Positions 25,232-34,177 of a stretch of DNA of 64,000 nt are shown here, piece after piece. This DNA comes from a phage: the sequence record PZ583742.1. One strand, written 5' to 3'. The translations under genes and the position numbers were made by a program. Each line of letters opens with the position of its first letter. The stretch's first letter is position 1. Below the pieces are notes generated by a model, which was not told where the DNA came from, did no database searches, and worked only from the letters and a program-made list of their open reading frames with translations.

Positions 25232-25978
25232 ATGACTTTATCAAAAACCAAAACGCTGAAAGTTAAACGTCGTCTGGAACACACTCAAGCTTCCGCTAAA
25301 CGTCGCGGTAAAGACTTTAACCTGGATTTTAATTATCTGGTTAACATTCTTGACCAAAAAGTTTGTGCTTATTCTGGTGAAGCATTTAACAACTCTATTG
25401 AAGGTGAGAAGTTATCATTAGAGCGTTTTAACAATGATATTGGTTATATCAAGGGTAATGTTATTCCTGTTAAAAAGAAATACAATACCATGCGTTCTGA
25501 TTGGTCCCTGGATGAGCTTAAACAACGTCGCGATGATGTTGCTGTAAAAATTGCTCGCCCGTCCGTCAAGAAGATTGAAAAGTTAAATCTGACAGCAGAG
25601 AAATGGGAACAGATTAAAAAGTCGTATACCCATATTAAGAACATCCAACACAAACGTGATAATCGCGTTAAGCATTATGCTCAAATGAGTAAATCAGAGC
25701 AGTCCAAAGAAAACCAATTAAAAATGATTGCTCTGAAGGCTCGCATTGATGGTTCCCGTGTTGCAGAAGGTCATGAGCTTACTAAATTGAATGTCCTGCT
25801 CAAAGGTAATGACTGGAAGGTTACCAAGAAATTAACTAATGCTGAAACGCTTTTTGATTGCTATGATAAAATCATTCAAGGTCTTGAGCGTTTTGAGAAG
25901 ATTGGTTTTATTGGTAAATTAAAACTGAAACGTGGTCTACCTTTGAACGCGTCAATTTTTAAACTGATTAGAGGTTAA
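25232..25978 (+). CDS. hypothetical basic protein (248 aa), Srd-like by position and size only
   Basis: Lies between the transferase pair and dda as T4 srd does. Confidence 0.3.
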   Translation: MTLSKTKTLKVKRRLEHTQASAKRRGKDFNLDFNYLVNILDQKVCAYSGEAFNNSIEGEKLSLERFNNDIGYIKGNVIPVKKKYNTMRSDWSLDELKQRRDDVAVKIARPSVKKIEKLNLTAEKWEQIKKSYTHIKNIQHKRDNRVKHYAQMSKSEQSKENQLKMIALKARIDGSRVAEGHELTKLNVLLKGNDWKVTKKLTNAETLFDCYDKIIQGLERFEKIGFIGKLKLKRGLPLNASIFKLIRG

Positions 25979-25982
25979 TGTG

Positions 25983-26279
25983 ATGTACTACGCATATGTG
26001 CTGGTTCACAAAGATAAAGATGGTTTTGAACGCCCATTGGAATACAATGGAAAGGTTACCTTATACACCACAAAAGCGGGTGCAGAATATGAACTTGCCA
26101 ACTATTCATATACCACAAACCGATATTTAAGTATGGGGCGTATTGAAACCATTTACATTCCTAGGAAGTGGTGGTTTGATAAGCGTGAAACAAAAACAGT
26201 TTTTCCTACTGAAGAACACGCACGAGAATTGAAACAGGTTTTATATACTTTATATGTTAAGCGAGTAAAATTGGCATGA
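25983..26279 (+). CDS. hypothetical protein (98 aa)
   Basis: ATG after GAGG; stop overlaps dda start. Confidence 0.4.
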   Translation: MYYAYVLVHKDKDGFERPLEYNGKVTLYTTKAGAEYELANYSYTTNRYLSMGRIETIYIPRKWWFDKRETKTVFPTEEHARELKQVLYTLYVKRVKLA

Positions 26280-27604
26280 TTAAATTTGAAGACTTGAACA
26301 CAGGACAAAAAGAAGCTTTTGATTATATCACCGAAGCTATTCAACGACGTTCAGGGGAATGTATTACTCTGAATGGTCCAGCTGGTACAGGTAAAACTAC
26401 TCTGACAAAATTTGTCATTGACCATCTGGTGCGTAATGGAGTTATGGGAATTGTGCTTGCCGCACCAACTCACCAGGCAAAAAAAGTTCTATCTAAATTG
26501 TCTGGTCAAACGGCGAATACAATCCATAGTATTCTGAAGATTAACCCGACCACATATGAAGACCAAAACGTTTTTGAACAGCGCGAAATGCCTGACATGT
26601 CAAAATGTAATGTTCTGGTTTGTGATGAAGCAAGTATGTATGACGGGTCTCTGTTTAAGATTATTCTTAACTCTGTTCCTGAATGGTGTACTATTCTTGG
26701 GATTGGTGATATGCACCAGCTGCAGCCAGTTGACCCAGGAAGCACACAACAAAAGATAAGCCCATTCTTTACGCATCCTAAGTTCAAACAGATTCATCTG
26801 ACTGAGGTTATGCGAAGCAATGCTCCTATCATTGAAGTAGCGACAGAAATTCGTAACGGGGGTTGGTTCCGCGACTGTATGTATGATGGTCATGGTGTAC
26901 AGGGTTTCACCTCACAAACCGCTTTAAAGGATTTCATGATAAACTATTTTGGTATTGTAAAAGATGCTGATATGTTGATGGAAAACAGGATGTATGCGTA
27001 CACGAATAAATCAGTTGAAAAACTGAACAATATTATTCGTCGCAAGCTCTATGAAACGGATAAAGCATTTTTACCGTATGAAGTCCTAGTTATGCAAGAG
27101 CCACACATGAAAGAGCTGGAATTTGAAGGCAAGAAATTCAGCGAAACCATTTTTAATAATGGTCAGTTGGTTCGCATCAAGGATTGCAAATACACTTCCA
27201 CAATTCTCCGTTGTAAAGGTGAATCACACCAGTTAGTGATTAATTACTGGGACCTGGAAGTTGAGTCAATTGATGAAGATGAAGAATATCAGGTTGACCG
27301 CATCAAAGTTTTACCTGAAGACCAGCAACCAAAATTCCAGGCATATCTGGCTAAAGTTGCTGACACATACAAACAGATGAAAGCCGCTGGTAAACGTCCA
27401 GAGTGGAAAGACTTCTGGAAAGCCCGCCGGACCTTCTTGAAAGTTCGTGCTCTTCCGGTTAGTACAATCCACAAGGCCCAGGGCGTTTCAGTAGACAAGG
27501 CATTCATCTATACTCCATGCATCCATATGGCCGAAGCTTCATTAGCGAGCCAGTTGGCTTATGTAGGAATCACACGAGCGAGGTACGACGCATATTATGT
27601 ATAA
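26276..27604 (+). CDS. dda: Dda DNA helicase (SF1B)
   Basis: Walker A GPAGTGKTT, Walker B VLVCDEASM; 442 aa. Confidence 0.95.
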   Translation: MIKFEDLNTGQKEAFDYITEAIQRRSGECITLNGPAGTGKTTLTKFVIDHLVRNGVMGIVLAAPTHQAKKVLSKLSGQTANTIHSILKINPTTYEDQNVFEQREMPDMSKCNVLVCDEASMYDGSLFKIILNSVPEWCTILGIGDMHQLQPVDPGSTQQKISPFFTHPKFKQIHLTEVMRSNAPIIEVATEIRNGGWFRDCMYDGHGVQGFTSQTALKDFMINYFGIVKDADMLMENRMYAYTNKSVEKLNNIIRRKLYETDKAFLPYEVLVMQEPHMKELEFEGKKFSETIFNNGQLVRIKDCKYTSTILRCKGESHQLVINYWDLEVESIDEDEEYQVDRIKVLPEDQQPKFQAYLAKVADTYKQMKAAGKRPEWKDFWKARRTFLKVRALPVSTIHKAQGVSVDKAFIYTPCIHMAEASLASQLAYVGITRARYDAYYV

Positions 27605-27836
27605 AGTACATAAAGAAGATTTAGATACTCTTATCTATGGTATTCAGGACGCGGTTGAATTTTTCGAAGATAATCCGACTATCGTCCAACAGGGTAATTA
27701 CGTTTTACTGGAACTGAGTCTTATTCAGAAACGTATGGCCGCGATTGAATATTTTAACAATGAAGAGCCAGGAATTTTTATCTCCGACTATGTTGCTGGT
27801 GAAATTCAGAAATTAAAAGAGATGTGCGATGATTGA
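27597..27836 (+). CDS. hypothetical acidic protein (79 aa)
   Basis: Overlaps dda stop; between dda and dexA. Confidence 0.4.
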   Translation: MYKVHKEDLDTLIYGIQDAVEFFEDNPTIVQQGNYVLLELSLIQKRMAAIEYFNNEEPGIFISDYVAGEIQKLKEMCDD

Positions 27837-28548
27837 TGCTATTATTGACTTTGAAACTCTGGGAAACGGCTCGAAGGGAGCCGTTATTGACTTGGCCCTG
27901 ATTACATTCGAATCTGACCCTGCTATTGTGGAATCATTCGAAACCCTGGTTAATCGCGGCAAACGTATTAAGTTCAGTCTCGAATACCAAAAAGGAAAAC
28001 GTCTGTTTGACACAACAACCATGGGTTGGTGGAAAAAACAATCAGCAGAAGCACGTGTTAACCTGGCCCCTTCTGCACATGATGTTGATACTCTGACCGG
28101 TATCCAACAGGCGATTGACTATCTGAATGGCAATGGAATTAACAAATACGAAAGCCTTATGTGGTGCCGTGGAATGTCTTTTGACTTCCCGTTGTTTGTT
28201 GACCTTATCCGTGACCTGCAGCGCAATGAGGGTATCCCTGAGCGTGAATTGAATACCTATGACCTGGAGCCGGTTGTATTCTGGAACCAGCGAGATATCA
28301 GGACGGCAATCGAAGCCTTGTCACTCGTCCGTAAGATGTGTGAAACCCCATTACCGAAAGGGACTTTAGATGGATTTGTGGCGCACGATTCAGTGCATGA
28401 CTGCGCGAAAGATATTCTTATGCTGAAGTATGCCCAGCGCTATGCTCTTGGTTTAGATGAAGTTCCTTCCGAAGAAGATGCAGACCCGTTATCTTTACCA
28501 AAAAAAAACGATAAAAGTAGTGTACAAGGCCAATGGAAAGAGACATAA
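27829..28548 (+). CDS. dexA: exonuclease A DexA (DnaQ-like 3'-5' exonuclease)
   Basis: Exo I motif IDFETLG near N-terminus; 239 aa; position after dda. Confidence 0.7.
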   Translation: MIDAIIDFETLGNGSKGAVIDLALITFESDPAIVESFETLVNRGKRIKFSLEYQKGKRLFDTTTMGWWKKQSAEARVNLAPSAHDVDTLTGIQQAIDYLNGNGINKYESLMWCRGMSFDFPLFVDLIRDLQRNEGIPERELNTYDLEPVVFWNQRDIRTAIEALSLVRKMCETPLPKGTLDGFVAHDSVHDCAKDILMLKYAQRYALGLDEVPSEEDADPLSLPKKNDKSSVQGQWKET

Positions 28549-28549
28549 T
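28521..28549 (+). promoter_or_regulatory. early sigma70 promoter (inside the dexA 3' end)
   Basis: TGTACA, 17-nt spacer, CATAAT. Confidence 0.55.
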
Positions 28550-28550
28550 T

Positions 28551-28583
28551 ATCTCATCAACTACTGATGAGGATAACAAAATG
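28551..28583 (+). repeat. conserved 5' leader cassette, copy 3 of 3
   Basis: See 15381-15413; one substitution. Confidence 0.8.
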
Positions 28584-28838
28584 ATTACTTCTTTTGAAAT
28601 TGGCCAACAATATGAAATGTCCGCTCTTCAAGCTGCTGAAGCAGGTCTGACCGAAGCGTTTGAATGTGCATTTACAAATATTCGTGGTAAAATCTTTACT
28701 GTCAATAAAATTGCGGTATATGATAAAGAAACAGACATGAACAAAGGCATCTACTTGAACGTGTCAAACGCAAAAGGTCGTCGTGAAATTATGGTTGTAC
28801 AACCTAATCAACTGGCGATGTTCAATAAGGTTGCATAA
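28581..28838 (+). CDS. hypothetical protein (85 aa)
   Basis: Start after the leader (ORF-track start 28533 rejected). Confidence 0.4.
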   Translation: MITSFEIGQQYEMSALQAAEAGLTEAFECAFTNIRGKIFTVNKIAVYDKETDMNKGIYLNVSNAKGRREIMVVQPNQLAMFNKVA

Positions 28839-29590
28839 TGAAACCAGAATTTATTGACTTTGATGTTGTAAGTATGTATGTTCGCCCAATTAAACCATTA
28901 AAACTTGAGAAACAAAATATGACTATTGAAATTAACAAAACTTATCAACTGATTGAACCTATTATTCAAAACGCAGCTATGGTTTCTGGGTATAATACTC
29001 TGACTGATGCTTTAGGTGAAGGTGAATTTATTGTTGAAACTTTTGTAAAAAGTAACTGGTTTGATAAAGCATATATTCTACATGCACGTCGCCTTGATAC
29101 AAATAAAGTAGAAAAAATTATGGTTTATGAAGCTGAGATTGAACTCTTCAAAGAAGTTGAAGAAACTCCTATCAAAGTTGACAAAACCTATCAACTTGTT
29201 GGATATGGTGATTTTGATAATACTAATGCATTGAATGCCGGTTGGCGGGTGCTGAAAGGTATTTTTGGATTTGCTCCATTTACCGTTAAAACAGTTAAGT
29301 ACCACAATCACCAAAGCATCTTTGAATTTACTGCGGTCAATGAATCAGGTGACAATCTTGAAGCTATCCTTTATCCACGTGAATCTGTACTGCTGGAAGA
29401 AGTTAGCGAACTGGGTGACCCTATTGACTTGCTGTGTAAACCAGTTCAAATCAAACGCCCATTTAACAGTTCCATTTGTGGTTGGGTAACAGACCAGTGG
29501 ATTGAAGAGAGTGTTGAACTCCTGAACGTTGTCCATGCTGGTGAATTTACTGTTGTACCACGTTCCATGGTTGTTGAAATTTTTAATTAA
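28838..29590 (+). CDS. hypothetical protein (250 aa) with internal duplication and a C-terminal module shared with 29670-30230
   Basis: Repeated KTYQL segments; C-terminal WVTDQWIEESVELLNVVHAGEFTVVP. Confidence 0.45.
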   Translation: MKPEFIDFDVVSMYVRPIKPLKLEKQNMTIEINKTYQLIEPIIQNAAMVSGYNTLTDALGEGEFIVETFVKSNWFDKAYILHARRLDTNKVEKIMVYEAEIELFKEVEETPIKVDKTYQLVGYGDFDNTNALNAGWRVLKGIFGFAPFTVKTVKYHNHQSIFEFTAVNESGDNLEAILYPRESVLLEEVSELGDPIDLLCKPVQIKRPFNSSICGWVTDQWIEESVELLNVVHAGEFTVVPRSMVVEIFN

Positions 29591-29596
29591 ATTTAA

Positions 29597-29640
29597 AGTG
29601 TACAAACTCTTGGGGTCAGAGTATAATGACCCCACTGGAG
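29597..29640 (+). repeat. 44-bp promoter/stem-loop cassette, copy 1
   Basis: Matches 40846-40889 with one mismatch; includes TGTACA, GGGGTCA/TGACCCC hairpin and TATAAT. Confidence 0.85.
29599..29627 (+). promoter_or_regulatory. early promoter with stem-loop across the -10
   Basis: TGTACA 29599-29604, TATAAT 29622-29627, stem 29612-29618/29627-29633. Confidence 0.55.
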
Positions 29641-29669
29641 AATAAACTTATTAACCAAGAGAGAAAATT

Positions 29670-30230
29670 ATGAAAGTTGAAGCTGGCGAAATCGTTCGCG
29701 TATCCAAAAAATCTCGTTCAAGAGCCGCTGGACGTTTTGTTGAGGTTGTCAGTATTCGTGCTGATATTTTTGTTGACCATCCTGATAATGAAGTAAAGGT
29801 GCGTATCATTCCCAAAAATGGTCAGACTGAAACTCAATTCGCTTATGTTCGTGCTAAATTCCTGGAATCAACTGCTATTACTGCCGCCAACCTCCCTGTG
29901 GTTGAAGAAGTTGAATCCCATGATGGATATGTGTGCGAAAGCAATGATATCCGTGGCGTAATTGCTCAAGACGTTGAAACCATTGACCAGTCTCATGTTG
30001 GGGTTGATTTTAAATGGAAATTGGGCAAAGGTGTCTTTTTTGTTTCACCTAAACCGTTTGAATATGTTGACGAACCTTTTGGTACTTATGAAACCACTAG
30101 CATGTCTGGTTACATCACAGACCAGTGGGTTGAAGAAGGCGTTAAGCTCTATAACATCGTGTTCCTTGGAACCTTTAAGGTGGTTCCTGAAAGCTTTATC
30201 GTTGAGTATGCTGATATTCATCGTGCCTAA
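29670..30230 (+). CDS. hypothetical protein (186 aa) sharing a C-terminal module with 28838-29590
   Basis: C-terminal YITDQWVEEGVKLYNIVFLGTFKVVP. Confidence 0.45.
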   Translation: MKVEAGEIVRVSKKSRSRAAGRFVEVVSIRADIFVDHPDNEVKVRIIPKNGQTETQFAYVRAKFLESTAITAANLPVVEEVESHDGYVCESNDIRGVIAQDVETIDQSHVGVDFKWKLGKGVFFVSPKPFEYVDEPFGTYETTSMSGYITDQWVEEGVKLYNIVFLGTFKVVPESFIVEYADIHRA

Positions 30231-30278
30231 ATTATAAAAATGATAGGGTAAAATTACCCTATCAATGAGGAGAATATT

Positions 30279-30509
30279 ATGTTTAATGAAAATTGTGTGA
30301 CCACTTCCCTGACTGCTGAAGAGTTCTGGGACACTGCTGAAAGTGATAAAGTGATTGTGAAGAAAAACATCAATGAATTTCTTTGTACCACTGACATCAT
30401 TTATGTGTACGCAGATAAAGATGCAGAACTACCTAGCTATGCGCTGTTCCGCGAAGAATCAGAAGATGGCACAGATTTTTGGAAGGAGACTTATCATGTT
30501 GAAATTTGA
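30279..30509 (+). CDS. hypothetical acidic protein (76 aa)
   Basis: ATG with GAGGAG upstream. Confidence 0.35.
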   Translation: MFNENCVTTSLTAEEFWDTAESDKVIVKKNINEFLCTTDIIYVYADKDAELPSYALFREESEDGTDFWKETYHVEI

Positions 30510-30870
30510 AACTGATAAATGGTATTATTTTAAAGATAATGTTGCTGAAAGCAGATTTCGTTTGTTATGCTCTGATAATGATAATATAGCTGATGCTATA
30601 ATCAATGGTGAAGGATTTAGACCAGTCGGAATTGAAGGTGGTGATGTATATCGGATAGAATTTTCGACCGGTGGAATAGAGAGAATATTCATAAAGGAAG
30701 ATGAGCGTCGTTTCTTTGAAGAAGAAAAAGATGACGATACTGAAGATGAATGCGAAGACGCTGATGAAGCATTTGAACCAAGCGAATTCCCTTTGACTAA
30801 AATCACCATTTCTAATAACTCTGAAGCCTGGACCGTTTACCAGATGTTGAAAGCACACTTTAAGGAATAA
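30496..30870 (+). CDS. hypothetical protein (124 aa) with acidic tract
   Basis: AAGGAG SD then ATG 30496; EEEKDDDTEDECEDADE run. Confidence 0.4.
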   Translation: MLKFETDKWYYFKDNVAESRFRLLCSDNDNIADAIINGEGFRPVGIEGGDVYRIEFSTGGIERIFIKEDERRFFEEEKDDDTEDECEDADEAFEPSEFPLTKITISNNSEAWTVYQMLKAHFKE

Positions 30871-30871
30871 C

Positions 30872-31045
30872 ATGCCACTTTATGATTACAAATGTCAATC
30901 CAATGACTGCGCGAAAGAATACGAAAAAATCAAGAAAATCTCTGAAAGAGATAATGATGTTTGTCCTGATTGCCATCGGCTGGCTGTTCGGTTAGTCTCG
31001 GCTCCTAAACATGTTAATGGCGGTTTTTACGACCTTTTGAAGTGA
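30872..31045 (+). CDS. zinc-ribbon protein (FmdB-like), 57 aa
   Basis: MPLYDYKC...C...CPDC layout; AAGGA SD; below ORF-track cutoff. Confidence 0.45.
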   Translation: MPLYDYKCQSNDCAKEYEKIKKISERDNDVCPDCHRLAVRLVSAPKHVNGGFYDLLK

Positions 31046-31051
31046 GGATAT

Positions 31052-31312
31052 ATGAAATACATTAATCGTTCTATTGCAGCACTGGTACTGGCGGTTTCAT
31101 TGGCTAGTTGTACTGATGCAGATAATGCCATTCGTGTATTAGATGCAAACGGCTATGAACAAATCCAAATCACCGGTTATAACTGGTTGGGTTGCTCTGA
31201 AGATGATTTCCAACACACAGGCTTTACGGCCGTAGGGCCAACTGGTAAGAAAGTTAAAGGAACTGTTTGTTCTGGATTGCTGTTTAAGAATTCAACCATT
31301 CGATTTGAATAA
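31052..31312 (+). CDS. predicted lipoprotein (86 aa)
   Basis: Signal peptide with lipobox LASC; GAGGA SD. Confidence 0.5.
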   Translation: MKYINRSIAALVLAVSLASCTDADNAIRVLDANGYEQIQITGYNWLGCSEDDFQHTGFTAVGPTGKKVKGTVCSGLLFKNSTIRFE

Positions 31313-31329
31313 GGCCTTCGGGCCTTTTT
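31312..31329 (+). terminator. intrinsic terminator (UUCG tetraloop)
   Basis: AGGCC-TTCG-GGCCT then TTTT. Confidence 0.55.
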
Positions 31330-31353
31330 GCTTTAAAATATGTGACTTATAAT
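31329..31353 (+). promoter_or_regulatory. MotA-box middle promoter candidate
   Basis: TGCTTTA 31329-31335, TATAAT 31348-31353. Confidence 0.45.
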
Positions 31354-31359
31354 ACCTCC

Positions 31360-32067
31360 ATGAACTTAAAACAATTTATTGAAGAAAATCTTTTAACTAA
31401 GAACCCGAATCGTCTTAACGGTAATTTGTTCAAAAATGATTTAGAATTTGCCAAGAAATTCTGGGAAAAATATCCAGAAGAAGCAAATGTCTTTAGAACA
31501 GAAGCACTGCATTGTCAAGGAGGTAAAAGAGACCAACATCCGTACAATGAGGTCTGCTACCGTATTTTACATGATATAAAAGGAAAAGTCTTATGTAAGT
31601 GTGGTAAACCTGTTAACTATCATACATTTGCTACTGGCTACCATGAATTTTGTTCCGTTAAATGTCAGGGTGGTGGTATATTTGAAGAAGAGCGTATTTG
31701 TCCTGTTTGCGATACTAAGTATATGGCTACGAATAGGACTCAAAAATATTGTTCAGATTCCTGTGGTAAAGAAGCAAGAGATACTCAATCACTGGACTTG
31801 CCATATAGTCATTCCATAAAGATGAAAAAGCGCGACGTTTTGAAGTTAATTGAGGATACTCCGTATTGTGAAATTTGTAAAATAAAACTAACAAACAATT
31901 CGACTTCTTTATCAAAAAGCACTTGGTTCAATGTAGACCATTGCCACTCGACTGGTAAAGTCCGAGGTATTTTATGTTCAAAATGCAACATAGGCCTAGG
32001 AATGTTTAAAGACAATATTGCTTCATTAGAAACTGCGATAGAATACTTGAAACAAAGCAAGGAATAA
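31360..32067 (+). CDS. endonuclease VII-like His-Me finger nuclease with N-terminal zinc fingers (putative homing endonuclease)
   Basis: C-terminal DHCHSTGKVRGILCSKCNIGLG; several Cys pairs; first ATG (31360) near the predicted transcript start, so start uncertain. Confidence 0.55.
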   Translation: MNLKQFIEENLLTKNPNRLNGNLFKNDLEFAKKFWEKYPEEANVFRTEALHCQGGKRDQHPYNEVCYRILHDIKGKVLCKCGKPVNYHTFATGYHEFCSVKCQGGGIFEEERICPVCDTKYMATNRTQKYCSDSCGKEARDTQSLDLPYSHSIKMKKRDVLKLIEDTPYCEICKIKLTNNSTSLSKSTWFNVDHCHSTGKVRGILCSKCNIGLGMFKDNIASLETAIEYLKQSKE

Positions 32068-32073
32068 TTGATT

Positions 32074-33906
32074 ATGATTGAAAATAAAATTGAAATGCTT
32101 TCAGATAAAGACCATTGTTTGAAACGTCCGGGAATGTACATCGGAAGTGTTTCATATGAAGAATACGAAAGATTTTTATTTGGTGAGTATACTAAAGTAT
32201 CTTATGTGGCGGGTGTATTAAAACTAGTTGATGAGATTATCGACAACTCGGTTGATGAAGCTATACGTACAAATTTCAAATTTGCCAATAAAATTTCCGT
32301 TGATATCTCTTTGACTGATAACAAAGTTACTGTTGAAGATAATGGTCGTGGTATTCCGCAGGCTGTTGTCATAACTCCAGAAGGTGAAGAATTACCTGGC
32401 CCTGTAGCGGCCTGGACGAAAACCAAAGCGGGTGGGAATTTCGGTGATGATAAAGAACGTGTAACCGGCGGCCAGAATGGTGTTGGTTCAAGTCTTACCA
32501 ATATTTTTTCAATCCTTTTTACTGGGACCACATCTGACGGTAAAAATGAGCTTCGTGTAAGTTGTTCAAATAATGCCGATAATGTATCATGGAAAACCAA
32601 ACCAACCAAATCCAATGGTACCAAGGTTGAGTTTATTCCAGACTTTAGTCATTTTGAAATGAACAGTTTTGATAAAATTTATCTGGATATTACACTTGAC
32701 CGTCTGCAGACTCTTGCTGTTGTTTATCCTGATATTGAATTCAAATTCAATGGTAAAAAGGTACAAGGTCAGTTTAAAAAGTTTGCTAAACAATATGATG
32801 ATGAAATCATTATCCAGGAACAAGATAATTGCTCAATTGCAATCGGTCGGTCACCTGACGGATTCAGACATCTGACATATGTCAACAACATCCACACAAA
32901 AAATGGTGGACACCATATTGAATGCGTTATGGATGAAATGTGTGATGTGTTAATCCCGGCGATTAAACGCAAGTATAAAATTGAAGTAACCAAAGCACGC
33001 GTTAAAGAATGTATTACATTGTTGATGTTTATTCGCAATATGAAGAACATGCGATTTGATTCCCAGACCAAGGAGCGATTGACTTCCACTGCCGGTGAAA
33101 TTAAATCACATATCCAGGTCAATGGCAAAAAGTTAGCTGGTTCGTTGTTAAAATCAGAAGCTATTCTGACGCCTATCATTGAAGCTGCATTGGCTCGTAA
33201 ATTGGCTGCAGAGAAAGCAGCAGAGACTAAAGCAAATAAGAAAGCTTCAAAGGCCAAGGTACAAAAGCATATCAAAGCCAACGAATGGGGTAATGATAAG
33301 CTGGAAACGACTCTATTCCTGACCGAAGGAGATTCTGCAACGGGTCCGTTTATCAAGGTTCGTGACCGTGAATTGCAAGGTGCTTATCCGTTACGTGGTA
33401 AGTTTAAAAACACATGGGGTCTGAAAGCTGTTGAAGTTATGAAGAACGCTGAAGCCTTTGATGTGTGTGCGATTACTGGTTTAACGATTGGACAACCGGC
33501 CGAGAATATGAATTACCGAAACATTGCTATCATGACAGATGCGGATGTGGATGGTGTTGGTAGTATCTATCCATCGTTATTGGCGTTTTTCAGTAACTGG
33601 CCAGAGCTGTTCCATGAAGGACGAATTCGCTTTGTGAAAACTCCTGTTATTATTGCACAGCTCAAAGATAAACAAGAATGGTTCTATTCTCTTCCTGATT
33701 ACGAAGAAGCTAAGGATAAACTTCCGAAGCATACCATTCGATATATCAAGGGGCTTGGTTCTCTGGAAGATTCAGAGTACAAACGCGTATTGCTCGAGCC
33801 AGTATTCGAAGTTGTTCAATTGCCCGACAATTGGAAAGAACTGTTCGAAATGCTATTCGGTAAAGATTCCCAGCAGCGTAAAGACTGGATGAATGCGACG
33901 CTATAA
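32074..33906 (+). CDS. 39: DNA topoisomerase II large subunit (gp39 with the gene-60 part contiguous)
   Basis: GyrB-like ATPase N-terminus, TOPRIM LTEGDSATGP; single 610-aa frame. Confidence 0.9.
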   Translation: MIENKIEMLSDKDHCLKRPGMYIGSVSYEEYERFLFGEYTKVSYVAGVLKLVDEIIDNSVDEAIRTNFKFANKISVDISLTDNKVTVEDNGRGIPQAVVITPEGEELPGPVAAWTKTKAGGNFGDDKERVTGGQNGVGSSLTNIFSILFTGTTSDGKNELRVSCSNNADNVSWKTKPTKSNGTKVEFIPDFSHFEMNSFDKIYLDITLDRLQTLAVVYPDIEFKFNGKKVQGQFKKFAKQYDDEIIIQEQDNCSIAIGRSPDGFRHLTYVNNIHTKNGGHHIECVMDEMCDVLIPAIKRKYKIEVTKARVKECITLLMFIRNMKNMRFDSQTKERLTSTAGEIKSHIQVNGKKLAGSLLKSEAILTPIIEAALARKLAAEKAAETKANKKASKAKVQKHIKANEWGNDKLETTLFLTEGDSATGPFIKVRDRELQGAYPLRGKFKNTWGLKAVEVMKNAEAFDVCAITGLTIGQPAENMNYRNIAIMTDADVDGVGSIYPSLLAFFSNWPELFHEGRIRFVKTPVIIAQLKDKQEWFYSLPDYEEAKDKLPKHTIRYIKGLGSLEDSEYKRVLLEPVFEVVQLPDNWKELFEMLFGKDSQQRKDWMNATL

Positions 33907-33909
33907 ATA
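33902..33909 (+). promoter_or_regulatory. late promoter motif TATAAATA
   Basis: Exact TATAAATA overlapping the gene 39 stop. Confidence 0.35.
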
Positions 33910-33912
33910 GAT

Positions 33913-33932
33913 ACGGGAGAATATTCTCCCGT
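33913..33932 (+). other. 20-bp perfect palindrome
   Basis: ACGGGAGAAT|ATTCTCCCGT, no T run. Confidence 0.6.
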
Positions 33933-33948
33933 CTTATAGGAGAAGTCC

Positions 33949-34101
33949 ATGAAAAAGTGGTGGGTTACGTTGTCAAATGGCGAATACGGTTATCTGTGGG
34001 CCGAGACTAAACCTCTGTTTGCATCCTTTGTCACCATTATGTGCGAGACCTGGGATGGTGAATACTATACCGCATATGGGCAAGTCTATAAAGTTGAGTA
34101 G
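33949..34101 (+). CDS. hypothetical small protein (50 aa)
   Basis: AGGAG SD then ATG; Trp/Tyr-rich. Confidence 0.35.
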   Translation: MKKWWVTLSNGEYGYLWAETKPLFASFVTIMCETWDGEYYTAYGQVYKVE

Positions 34102-34106
34102 CCAAA

Positions 34107-34128
34107 AGGACCTTCGGGTCCTTTTTTA
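34107..34128 (+). terminator. intrinsic terminator (UUCG tetraloop)
   Basis: AGGACC-TTCG-GGTCCT then TTTTTT. Confidence 0.6.
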
Positions 34129-34131
34129 TTA

Positions 34132-34160
34132 TGTACAAGCCACAAAAAGTGTGTTAATAT
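34132..34160 (+). promoter_or_regulatory. early sigma70 promoter
   Basis: TGTACA, 17-nt spacer, TAATAT with TG upstream. Confidence 0.5.
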
Positions 34161-34177
34161 GTCTTTGAGGTGAAAAT

